Shown: piece by piece, positions 48,545-60,800 of the stretch | Position numbering within the stretch: the stretch's first letter is position 1 | Layout of the letters: each line of letters begins with the position of its first letter | Assembly (NCBI GenBank): GCA_047495785.1 | Contig: JBLDXI010000014.1 | Span: 186,001-250,000 of the forward strand | Length of the DNA: 64,000 bases | Origin: Lepidodermella squamata | Lineage: Eukaryota; Animalia; Gastrotricha | Direction of reading: 5' to 3' | Notes under the pieces: generated by a model | The model's input: the letters and a program-made list of their open reading frames with translations, nothing else | Database searches by the model: none | Told to the model about the DNA's origin: nothing | Made by a program: the position numbers and the translations under genes

Positions 48545-49880
48545 TTCGATGTAGATAACAGACTATGTAGATCAATTTCATTTCAATCGATAGCAAACAT
48601 AGTCGGTCTCGGACATTAGAGGCTCTGCTGTAAAAGAATAATGATTATTCACCGCGGTTCTTGATACCAATGAAAGCATGAAGAATCGCTCGCAATGCGC
48701 TCGATTTTAGAATCTTTTCAGATTCTTTCAGGTCGGCAAAGCTCTCGAGTACAGCCCATAGCAGGTTTAGGAAAATTGGAAACATGTTTCGAAATCATTT
48801 CGCCATTGGAGAGACCTGTATTACCAGCTCAATTAAGCCGGTTGAGTTATGCCAGGCTATTCCTGACAATTGTAATTTCGTGGACATCGCCTGGGATATG
48901 ACACTAAAGAAGACAACACTGTTTCAAATGTAGAAGCTCAGCCACATTTTACTAGAAAGCATCCAATTATTCACACGTCACAGCATTTACTATCGCACAG
49001 CCAAGTCATGAAAAGATCTTGCCATTCTATCAGCAGCATATTCAGATTGAATAATTCAGGAATAATAATTCTGGGTAATATTCAGATTGATGCAGTATAT
49101 GAGACCGCTTGAAAACTCTAGTTGACTTCTTTGAGATTCCATGAGCAGCAAAATTGATTAAATTCGATTGAATCAGAAGGTTAGCAGGATACAAACTGAA
49201 AATCAGTGGCCGAATGAAAACTTAGCAAACTCTACAATCATGGCACATGAGCCTTTCGATGTATCAAGGCTTGAAGATGTGTGACAATGAGAGCTGAGAG
49301 CGCCATGATCTTGAGTAAGCAGGCGTCGCAGGTTTTTGTTGCGTGCTTACGTGCAGTTCACAGTTCACCAGTTGGTTCTTTGAAGTGCCCCAGTCGACAG
49401 AAGCGAACGCATTTCTGCTTCCATTCCCAACTTTAAGTTCATCGCTCGCGCATAACGCGTAACACTGATCACTATGCACATTTGTCAGAATGAGAAGCCG
49501 TAGAATTCACGGGATTCATAGCGCTATCGATCGCGAATCACTGTCGGCTCGCATAGGTATCACGGCCAGCGACAGTGGCTGTTGGAAAAGGTTTCATTCT
49601 GCTTGCCTGGGGTGTTCCAGATTCAAGCAAAACATATATAAGTTCTATTCACAGAAATATCAATTAGAAAATGAGAAAGTCAGCATTGGTCCCTGAGTGA
49701 TAAGTAAGGTAGTGGTCCGTGATCTATGTCTTCAAATAACGATTCACGAAAGGCGATCTCGCGAATACGTTCAACTGACCGATCGGCGTGTGGATTCAAA
49801 CAACAAACAAAAATTGCTGACTGGAACATAACTATGTTAAGATCAGCATAGGGCAAATAAAGGCACACAGAAGCCCTGAC

Positions 49881-49911
49881 ATGTATGTATGTATGTATGT
49901 ATGTATGTATG
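49881..49911. repeat. (ATGT)n microsatellite, about 7.75 units
   Basis: Read directly. Confidence 0.9.
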
Positions 49912-50326
49912 CTTACGTTGGATTCGCGATTCGCGCTAAGGCGTTCTTCCATCCAACGGGATGACAGGAGCAAACACTCCCAAACTCTCAACTCAGGACT
50001 TCTGAGGAACTTCGAACTTCGAGCTTTTGCGAAAAAAAGAAACAATTATTGAAAAACCTCGATTAAAATATTGTCTTGAAAATATTAAAAATGTAGGATT
50101 AATTTAAATATTTTTGTAAAATTATACGTGAAGAATTAATGAAGGTGTTGGCAAGGCGACGCGTTCCAACTGTACATGGGTCCATGTGTACATACTGTAC
50201 AGTCGCTGCAAGTATGTGTCTCTTGCCAGAATTACAGCACAAAGCACAACACGGATTCCATTTTCCGTGTCCGCATTCCGGAACGCTTGACAATGAAGGC
50301 AGATTCCATTTCATCCGAGACCCAGG

Positions 50327-50376
50327 AAGCAAAACATAGAGAACGGAGTGATCACTCCGTTCTCTATGAAGCAAAA
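50327..50376. mobile_element. Transposon footprint: perfect 34-bp palindrome (17+17) flanked by an 8-bp direct repeat
   Basis: aagcaaaa[catagagaacggagtga|tcactccgttctctatg]aagcaaaa; palindrome at 50335-50368. Confidence 0.85.
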
Positions 50377-50800
50377 GGACTCAGCAAAGGACGATGTAAA
50401 AAAACTCAGATGAATCATTTAAGTAGTTCCTACTCAACTAAAATAAGCGAAATAAGCATGTAATTTGTAAACTTGGCGGTAAGAAATTCTGAATTTGCCT
50501 GAATTTTAATTACGCAGTAAAAGGGCATTGCTGCTATTATGTTTTTATTTCGGCTGACTCACATACAGGCTGAGTTGTTGAGACTTTCATGACTTGAGAC
50601 ATGCAATTATACCCATGTGGACTCCGCGAAGAACTCATTTTCAAGATACATCACGTTGGCGTAGTTCGAGTTTATTGAACCATTCATAAATCATTTCATC
50701 AATCTCATGAGTAAAAAAGTAAAACCTTCGGATACCTGCACTAATCCTGTCAAGGACAGTTTCGAACATTGTCGATTTTTCAAACGCATTTCGAGGAATA

Positions 50801-53800
50801 TCAGAGCATGTCCTCACGCGCCCTGTTAGCGCTGCTGCCAGTCGCAATGAGCACCTGATTTTCGTCATCGCGACGCTGATCGTTTATGTCATCCTGAGAT
50901 GCCGAAGACGAAGAAACATGAGCAGGGACAGGCGAACGTCGAACAGCCACGTCAGAGTCAACGTAGATCGAACTTGATGATATATTTTTGCCAAGGCAAG
51001 GTTCGACCTTGAGGAGATTGCTATTTACCACCGGCGATTTCATCTGTTTCTCGCACATCAACGCATCTCGGACGATTTGACTGGCCGATGTGATTGAAGG
51101 CTGATCGCTGTAACGCCGCAGTATCATGTTGTGAATATTACTGGTCAGAAAGGCCATTTTTCCAGTACCATCCGCTTGGCCGTCATCGCTGTCGAGCTGT
51201 TTTGGCGAAGATGAGTCATGAGACGGTGGCACCATCGAGCTGGCCCGCGAGCGAGGCGGGTGCTTACAATGCTTGCACAAGCTATGTTCGTGCCGGCTAG
51301 GTGAAGTGTTGTTTTTACTTGCCGACTGGTCGAATAGCGTCAACAGATTAGAATCGGCCCTAAAATGAGATAGAATGAAATTATACCCAATGTAATCACT
51401 CAATAGGTACAAGTTATGAAAATTCTTATGATTTATAATAAAAATTCGTCCCCGATAAAGCCTAGAAAATGAAAATTGTGGAATGCCGTAAAGCGGTACA
51501 ATTTTGTTCAACTTCAATGCATGTTTCTCGGAAATATTTAAAAAAGCACTAACTAGAGGGGGAGAAAAGTGAAAAAGTAAATAGACTTTTCCAGAAGCTC
51601 AGCTTTTACTTTCTCACTGATTGAATAGCGAACCGAGTACGGCAAAAAGAGTAAATGAAAAAAACGACAGACGCAACTTACAATTTTTTAACACTAACAA
51701 CCGGTGCCGAAACTACGTTGGTGATCGGAAAATGGGGCGGATTGGCTTGTCGCCGCTTCGCCAAGCTGTTGTTTGCCGGCTTTCCCTTCGAAACTTCGGC
51801 ATTAGGCGCCGCTGACTCCGCGGTCTCGTAGTTGTTATTATTATCGCTTCTACTGCTATTTTTCGCGACTTGCTGGTGATTATTACCACTGCTGTCTGAA
51901 CTCGCAGGTCGATTAATGACTGCGTCTGTCGCAACAGCGTGGCGATTCCGCCGAGGACTTCGCCACAACGGAGGCTGCTGATTATTATTGCCAGCAGTGA
52001 CTACAAACCTCGGGCCGCTGGGGCCGTGGAAATTGCTGGCTAAGACCGGGCGTTGAGCAACTTGATGAGTGACTAAAGGCTGTTGTTGAGCGGTAGGCGG
52101 CCGACCAGGCGAGTCAACAAGCGGCCGTGTCTGCTGGGCATGCTGGTGATTCGTAACAACCTGCCGGACAACATTATTCCGATCATTGTTTCCCGGTGCA
52201 CCGTACAGTTTAGCCATCAAAAGTTTGTGGGGCGCCCTTTAATAAAAAAAATCCCATATATCCAATATCCGTAACATTGTGAAATGAAATTACCTGAAAA
52301 ATCGGCAATAATTTTTCGTATCAGCAACCATGAGCAAGGTTGATTGGAAGGCGCGGCGAAATTTCTTTGAAAGAAGGTTATAAATCGCAGGATTCACACA
52401 GGCTTCCAGGTAATAGAGCACGCCGGCCAGGGCGTTGAACACGTGATACATCTTGAGCTGCTCCTCCGACCACTCTTCAGGATGCCCGAAAGTTACAACC
52501 AGTCGCTGCGAGTGAAACGGCGCCCAGCACGCGAAGAAAGTCAAAGTCACCGCAGCTAAAAAAAGAGAAAAGGCAAAATTTAAAAATGGGCGTAACAAGT
52601 GCACACCCTAAATATAAGGTTCCAGAATATGGGTTTCGAATTGAACGTCTTGCTTAGAATCTTACTGTTTATTATCATGCCTAACCTCACTGTTTTATAC
52701 GTATTTTGCGCTACGGCTATGAGGGGTCAGTTTGTGACCTTCGGCCTGCAGAGCCGATATCGATTTGTGTTCTCATTTTTACAGATCAGTGAGTTCTCGA
52801 TATCGGCAGTCTAGAAAGCCCGTAGAAAAATTCGGCATACATATACCTAGGGGTACCAGGTACCAGGTAACTAAAATAAAAATCCCAGGGTTATAAGGTA
52901 CATGTTCATCCAACACAAGATAAGAGAAAGCCGAGAAAGCGAAAATTCGATCAAATAGTCAAAATTAGTGGTGAGCTTCAATTTTAGTTGTTCAATTATT
53001 TAGAAAATCGAGGGATTGTAATTTGACCCACTTTTCCGCTATAGCGAATGAAACCAGGGCTGTAGACTATTGTAGTGCTAAAAGTTCGAGCAAGTCTGGG
53101 ATGTAAATACTTTATCCATCAAAGCGATTCCAATTATGCAAATATATGAATTCATTACGCACAAATCGATAAGCGGCGCTATTAGAATCGTAATGGGAAA
53201 TGGGAATCATACTTTGAACTTTAATCACAGTTGTCGATCTTCGATCTTGGCGGTACTGATGATCAGAAAATAGAGAAAATCGGTGATTTGACGCGTTCGA
53301 ACTCTGTTGTTGCAGCATCGGCTGCTGTTGCTGATTGCTAAGAAGCAGCTGCTCCGAGCACCTGTGACCTCCGCGGCCGCCGAACGTCATCGCCCGTCTC
53401 AGCGAGTAATTGTTGCGACAACCACCCGGGCTACCGAGCACTGTCATCATAATCTGCTGACCGCGCCCCATCTGCTGCTGGTTATTCGACGAAGTTACCG
53501 TGCTGCCGGCGTTGATGTTCGACGACGGCGCCGGCGATTCGATGTATCCAAACCGCGTTAAATTCGACACGCGTTTAATGGCCCGCCAAATCAGAATGTA
53601 AAGAATAGTGATGAGACCCATTGGGATGAAGAAAAACAAAACTACGGGGACGATGAACATCGCCGGTGTGTTGAGTTCCTCGAGGGGTATGCAAATGGCT
53701 GAGTCATGTAGCTCCCGCCCGTCCGGGCTGATGACGTACTGAATGCGCCACTGGTACGACACCATGGCTGCAAAGGCGCCGGCTACTAGCCAAATGCCGC

Positions 53801-54398
53801 CTATGGTCAAACTGACCCGTTTCAACCCGGCCGCGTGGGATCGTTCGAACAGCAGCGGCCAATGAACGGAACACGCGCGTTCGAAGGTGAATGCGCAGAT
53901 TGTTAGGACAGTCGCGTAGGCGCACGATTCCGAGGCCCAGTGGCGGAAAACGCACAGCGCCGGGCCGAGTAGCGCCCCGCCGGCGTGTGGGTACGAATAC
54001 CAGTATTCGTGCAGCTCCAACGGCAGGCCGGTCAGCACCAGCATCAGGTCGGCGATTGCTAGGTTCAACAAGTACAAATTCGGGGCGGTTTGCATGTCCC
54101 GCAGCCGGGATACGACGATGATGACGAGGGCGTTGCCGAAAATGCCGAAAAAGCACAACACCGAGTAGGCGAGTGTCATGGACAGGGTGAAAGGCAGGTC
54201 GTGGCGGAGGGGTGGCCGGTAGGCGGCGATGCATTCCGCGTCCGAGGTTGCGTTTAAACAGGCCGGGTATTGGTACGTCGCCAGGTCGACGTTGACGACG
54301 GGCGGCGCCGTGCTGATGACGACAGGTTCGTCGACGCCGCCGCTGCCGAACACCGACTGGCCGCTGCTGCTGCTGGTAGCCGATGACCAGCTAGACAT
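50801..54398 (-). CDS. Rhodopsin-class neuropeptide GPCR of the PRXamide/pyrokinin-capa/neuromedin-U receptor family (4 exons, long C-tail)
   Basis: GIFGNALV, PNLYLLNLAIADL, GLPLEL..YW..YP, SE...YATVLTI.AFT.ER, FFFIPM, CWAPFHSQRL, GVLYY...VNPAIYNLLSKKFRRAF. Exons at about 53213-54398, 52294-52555, 51681-52237 and 50801-51359 splice in frame. Confidence 0.9.
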
Positions 54399-57054
54399 TG
54401 CGATAATTATTACTATTACCAGCCGACGGCATATTCTTTTGATGAGCGTGTCCTAGTCGGAGCAAAAAAATAGTGATGGATATTATTGAAATTAATAGCA
54501 TGTCACATGGGCGGACTCGCATTCTAAAAACTAATTAGAGGAAAGTGCGAAGGCGCGCCGGCGCCAGAACTCGTACAGCGTATCTCAAGACGGTCTCAGG
54601 AAAGACAGACATTGGAATATCGAAAAATACGCAAGATTTATGTGAAAGTTTCATGGACTTCAGATTATCGCACTATAAATAGCCAATTGCTGAATCTAAA
54701 TTTATCTAAAAGGTCCGAATGTCTTCTAGCACAAAACAGTTTCAGGTGGGCTCAACAGACACCCCTAATTTTATATATAGGGTTCCGGCACCAAATTAAA
54801 GTGCTTCATTAAACGCAATATATGGCGTAAAATGAAAAAAAATAAAAATAAAAGATTTTCCCGACTTCAGAAGTCATGAAAGGAAAAATTTAAATAGTTT
54901 CTACCTCGCTGAGGGTACCATCAGGTAGCTAAACTGAATAATTCAGGTATCAATAATGGCCTAGAAAAACATGCCAAACTCATAAAAATAACTAAAATTT
55001 GGTACCAGGACGCGTAAACGTAGTGTTGGCTCCTCAATAGGATGAATAGGCAAATATTTTGACCTAATAGTTTTCCAGCAGATATGGAAATTAAATACGG
55101 TAAAAAAGTGTTGAGGTCACTGGAAACTGTTTAGAATCGCTTCAGCATACGACTACAGGATACACAGGATCGATATATATTAGGGTTTGGCAGCTAAAAA
55201 TAGAAAGGATCATCGCAGGTTCGGCTGTTTTAGAAGGTGCGTGTAACGTAAACGATTGCTTTCAAGGCTTTGCTACTCCGGTTTTTCTTCACTATATTAT
55301 ATTATCTACAAGACATCGCACATCGCAATTGAGGTAGCTTTTTATTGAAATAATAAATAAAGCGCAGCTTTACATTTTACACTGCTCGATAATGAGTTAG
55401 GCCTCAGTACGCACAAAGTATACGCTTACAAAGTGCAGCAGGGTCTCATCTCTGCGCTACTTCACCAGCTCTCGCGGCTAAATTAATGAGCGATATTGCG
55501 CGAGTAGCGCCTCTAACAAAGGTAATATTTTACAAACAAAAAATGGCGATGAGCCACACAGTATGGGGCGATATCTCTGCACTATATGTATACCTATTTT
55601 TTGCGCAAAAAATGTTCTTCGAACACGGCGCGGCTCGAGAAAAATGCGCACAGCCCGAAAAAATTCCAACGCCAGCAGCCTCTGATTATCGCCCCTATTG
55701 ATACAATGCGTTATTAGCCGTAGCGGGTTTTTTGCCCCGGAATAACCACATCTCAGACGTTGCGGTGTTTGAAGCGCATTTTTGGCGCATGATTTGTGGC
55801 GCAAAGTTAATTGGCAAGCACATCGGTTTAATCGAAAGTAAACATTTTCGACTCGTGTATTTACGTTAACATCATCGCGGGTGAAAATAACACTGCAGTA
55901 GTGAGTGGTGCGGGGCGCAAAGTACACTTGCAGAGGCTCCTGTTTTTTTTTAATATTTCAATTTACTATACTATATAGAGCGTCGTCTAATTTGCTGACC
56001 GCGAAGAGGCGGGGTGAAATACGAGATCGAAATTTTTTTGTAGAAATTTTGCATAGTAGTAGTATGACGACAGACTTGAGTGAGGTTGTAACCAGAATTC
56101 CCCGCAGACAACGCCCTAGATGTCTTTTTTCTTTGTCGCTCCGAATACGAGCCAAACGTTGTCGGAAACAAAGGCTGCATAGCCGCTGAAATTATGGTAA
56201 TGAAATGAAGCTAGAATTTGAGACACGACGCAAAATCGAATCAGAAAAAACGGGCGAAATGATGACTTTTATCAAAAGTAACAACGCAGCGGTCATTACC
56301 ATATTCGCATTTTTTCTCGCATACCACGAGGTCGGCAAAATAACTCAATAATTTTGGTTGAATATTACATTATATTATAACCAGCTAAAATTAGGCTACA
56401 ATTTAACCGCGCGAGACTTTATAAGAGAGAGAGCGAGAGAACGCGCGCAATAGGACGTGGAAAATGGAAGTAGAAATGATGATGATGATGATGATGATTT
56501 AGCAGTAGTTGAATAGCCGCATCGATGCGTAAGCTGCGCAGCACCTTCGTCGAGGCGCGAAATGGCCTGGACTGCAAAATTGATCGCGAAGCGCATAATA
56601 TACATCGCAGTGGGCGATTTTTCAGTTGACTAGCCCCAGCGCGACCGGGGAGGATGATGTCAGAGCGTGCGCTCTATATTGTAAAGAAAATGGTGCTGCT
56701 GTAAAAGCATTTGCCCGCGTGTTGTTTCCGATTGTTCAGAGTTGGCTATTTAGAAAAGAATGCGCAATCGAGGCCGCGGACACAAAACACTTTGCCTACC
56801 TATCAACACATCATCGACATTCGGCGCTCGTTTTCTCAAACTTAACTTTGCGAAAAAAACGAATTTCCGGTCGAAAACCAAAAGAAAAGCTGCTTTTTAG
56901 TCAATGTTCTGTAGTATAGGATGACGGCATAAAAAACGATAATTAAGTACGCTCCAAATACATCAGCCGGTAATACAATACACAACGAGATGCAATCGAC
57001 CAAGGTGAATAAGGACAGCCCCTAGTTAAAAAATCAGGGACACATCATACAAAG

Positions 57055-57468
57055 TACCGTACTGACCGAAATAAATTGTCAGCCTTGAATAAATGTCAGA
57101 GGATGGAGGTCGTTCGAAAAAATAAATGTCAGGTAGGCTGCGGGGACAATGCTGAAGATCACTTATGAATAAGTCATTTTCAGACATTCTGATCGGGTAT
57201 AATTTCTACTCTTGGCACTTATAGAAAGGTCAGGGACCAATATTTAGGGTCAAAGTACGTAGAATCTCAGGGAAATTTATGCCATTTTGGTCACCTAGGC
57301 CTTTACTTGTTGGTTGATGAAATTAAGCGCAACCATTTATACTAAAAAAACTGATTATCATAGTTTTTGGTTAAATTGATAAATAAATGTCTGCCTCTTA
57401 TAAATGTCAGAGGTTCATCAAAGTTTGAAAAAATAAATGTCATGGTTATTTTTCTGGGCAGTACAGTA
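57055..57468. mobile_element. Tc1/mariner-pogo-type MITE (about 410 bp, TA target duplication)
   Basis: TA|ccgtactgaccgaaataa ... ttattttctgggcagtacag|TA inverted ends, with multiple internal aataaatgtca sub-repeats. Confidence 0.75.
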
Positions 57469-57846
57469 TATACTTTGAATATTGCAAGTAAAAACCTCAA
57501 ATATGGAGCGTAGTGGAAGTCAAAAGACGGAGAAAGTCAATAGGTGTAGAAGTCGAGAGCATCAATTGCTCTAATAGAAAGGTTAATTGAAGCCCTCCGG
57601 CCGAAAAAGACACTGCTTTTGTTCATCAATCAGCAATCTTTATTCAAAATTCGTATAAAATAAGAATTGAACAGAGGCTAGGCTCTAATTGCCACATGGC
57701 TAAATCACAATCAAAAATCACACGTCGCGGCAACTCCGAAAATAGCGTCCATTAATGGAAATACTAGAACAAGCCAGAAATTTGAATTTCCTAGTGCAAA
57801 ATACGCCTTGCTATTGATCTCTCCTATAAAATATTACTTCAACGGA

Positions 57847-60800
57847 CTACGAAATGACACAGCCCTTTTTCTGTTCCTTTTTTTCTTCCGCCGATGGCTT
57901 TTCTTCCTCAGCTGGCTTTTTCTTTTCGCCTTTCTTGCCTTTAGCAGCCGACTTGTTGCCCGGTTTGCCACTTTTATTGCCTTTCGAATCGTCAAATTTG
58001 ACGTTAGCAGATTTACCACCAGCTGGCTTTTTGCCCGTGCCAGATTTCAGGGTCGATTTCTTCGGTTGAGGCTCCTCTTTCTTCGCTTCTTTGGCATCCT
58101 TCGTCTTCGACGCAGCACCCCCTTTCGCCGCCGTTGTTTTCGGCTTTTCTTCCGGCTCTTCGGTCTTGGGCTGTTGCTTTCTAGCCACTGTTTTCTTACT
58201 TTGAGGTGGCGGAGGTGGAGGAGATGGGCTTCTCCGCTTAGGAGGTGGTGGCTTTCGTTTAGGAGGCGGTGCTTTCTTCTTCTCGGGCTTCTCTTCAGGC
58301 TCCTCTTCGGGCTGCTCCTCAACCTCGCCGTCGTCTTCACTCTTCTTAACCGGAGCTTTCTTCTTTGGCGGTATTGTAGCAACTCGCGGCGGAGGTCTGG
58401 TTGACACTTTCTTCTTCGGCTTTTCCTCATCCGGCTCTTCATCTTCGCTCTTCCTAAACTCATCAGGGTCAGGCTTTTTCGACTCCCGCTTTTTAACCGG
58501 CAGATTGGCAACCCGGGGCGGCGGCGCATTGCTGATTCTCACCGCCGGTTTTTTCGGCGTCGGCGGCTTCGTAGGGCGGGGCTTGCTCAGCTCTTCGAAC
58601 CGACTCAACCCACCAGTAGGTTTCGATTTCGGCTTTGGTTTCGGCTTAATCGCGGCACCACCGCTGCGAACTTGGCTGCGGTAGGGTGACCGGGGTGGCT
58701 TGCGTAACGGCGGGCGCCGACGGGGCGCACCAGGCCCAGGTCCGTCTTCATCCCCTTCGTAATTATCGCCATTCGTATTGAAATCGGGTTGGCGGTGCAA
58801 TGGCTGTTCAAGATGCAACGGCCGGCTCTGGCGTTCCGCTTTCCGACCTGGCGGTGCTGGTTTCTTGACAGGCTCTGGAATTTTCTTCCGACCAACTGCA
58901 TTAAATTAACATAAAAGAAATGATTAAGGAGGAGAGCAAGACATCAACTCACGTTCGACTATTTCTGGGTACATGATAGCATTCGGGTGCGAGGACCCGG
59001 CGTCGACCAGCGGGTAAATGCTGCCGGTATTGGTGAAGCCGATGAAACTGCCGCGTTCGCGCAGCGATTCAATCATCACAAAATTTTGCTCGCGGTTGCG
59101 TTTGATTTTGAATTCGCAGTACCGATCGCCGTTACCCGCCGCATTGCACACGCCCTTGCGAAGCTGAAGGTAACACCCGGAGAATACGACCGATTCGAAC
59201 TTTCGAATACCGCCGCTTGACACCTTGTGAACGCGGAAATGCGCCAATTTGTTGCGTTTTCCTAACGCTGTCAGAACTCCAGGGTCTTTTTCGATGCACA
59301 GCGTTTGGATTTTGGAGGTACACAACATCACAACACCTCCGTCTCTGAAGCAACCCTAAAAATTTCGCAAAATTCAGGTTCAAATTTGGAATTTTTTCGC
59401 ACATATACCTTTGCATAGCAATAAAACGCCTGAGCTGGGCCTGGCATAGCATTTTCAGTCTCCGGATGCAGTTGTCCGCTAGATAGCACCGATACGTAAT
59501 TATTGGGAAATTTCTCGGATTCAAGATTAATAGCTCGTGAAGGAAGAACGTGAATGCGCAAGTCACATGAAGACGAATAGTCCGCCTTAGCGACGACTTT
59601 ACGCTGCGAAAACGCAATGTAGGCCGACGCTCGAGAGGCAGTCGAGCGAAGGGCGACGGTGTCCTCACGCCCCAAACCCTCGGCTGACGACACGTTGAAG
59701 ACGGCTGTGGAAGTAAATCGAGGGGAAAACTTGTTTCCTGAAATGTCATCTAAAACAAAACAATCACTTACCATATCCATCTAATGGCAGCATCGAAAAC
59801 CGGAAAGGTGAGCGCGAAAAAATAAATAGAAAAAAGCGTAGAGTTAGAATAGAATGCGAGACTCGGAATTTTGATTTGAAAACCTGAAATATCGACGGCT
59901 TCTGATCGAGCGTCTATGAAACCACCGGTAGTAATTCGAAGCGGCTTGTGGGAGTTACATGAATAAAACATCAGCTCAACATCCGGGAGAGTGAATTTCC
60001 ATCTTTCAAACGGCCACTAATTAAGTTCATTTAAGATTTAAGGTGGATTTTAGTACAAATTAAAATTACCATGTGCGCATCTTGCATTCGCATGTATTGG
60101 CTGAGATCGACGGGGCGAACTTCGATTTCAAGCAACCCGTCGTCCTCGTACATGTTCAGCCAGCGAGAAACCGGGAAAATAAACTGCGAATGCGAGTCCA
60201 GCTCGCGGAATCGCAATACAATGTTCTCAACATACCAACCAACCCCTATAAATGACATTTCCTCAAAAATTTGAGGCATCACCACGAAAACTACAAACCA
60301 TGCGGTCCGGGGTCGTGTTTCAGGCGTAAGAACCGGATGTCACCCAATGAAACGCATTCGAGCGGGAAAATGTCCACTTGGCCACGTGCAAACGGCGCAC
60401 CGTGATTCGAGTGTTTCAGAACCCGCCGACCTGTATCACCTCGATCGCCGTGAATTTCAAGCATGACCTTCCCAAGGGTCGCGCCATTCCAAACATTTCC
60501 GGTATGAACAATCACATCGTAATGAATAACTAAGGTTAGTAATTTCGTTAAAATTAGGCTCAAATAATCAAGAATTTATTTACGTGGAAGCGGATGTCTT
60601 GTTTCTGAAATCGCCGGAATTTCTCGAACAATTTGTTTATCGTCGTAAGTTTCGGAGAGCCACCTCTTGCAGGGAAACTCGAGCCGTTCACCGGTTAGCC
60701 CGTTTTCCATGACAATCGTGTCGCATCTCCAGTCAGGATTCGGGCCAGAATAGGCTGATTCGATTCGAATTTTGTAGATATCCCCGATGTTCGTTAATTT

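Noticed and set aside
48600-50800. Short ORFs between SSU72 and the GPCR stop
   Set aside because: No recognisable motifs or splice-consistent frame; likely UTR or intergenic sequence.
52849-54949. Similar ~40-bp 'gggtacca..caggta.ctaaa' segments at about 52849 and 54911
   Set aside because: Probably fragments of an old dispersed repeat, but too short and diverged to define.
57061-57445. Repeated aataaatgtca units resembling a CRISPR-like spaced array
   Set aside because: Repeats are short and irregularly spaced, lie inside TIRs in a eukaryotic genome, and have no cas genes; explained as MITE sub-repeats.
57808-58404. 198-aa Phe/Leu/Arg-rich plus-strand ORF
   Set aside because: Antisense shadow of the Lys/Glu-rich last exon of the RP1-like gene.
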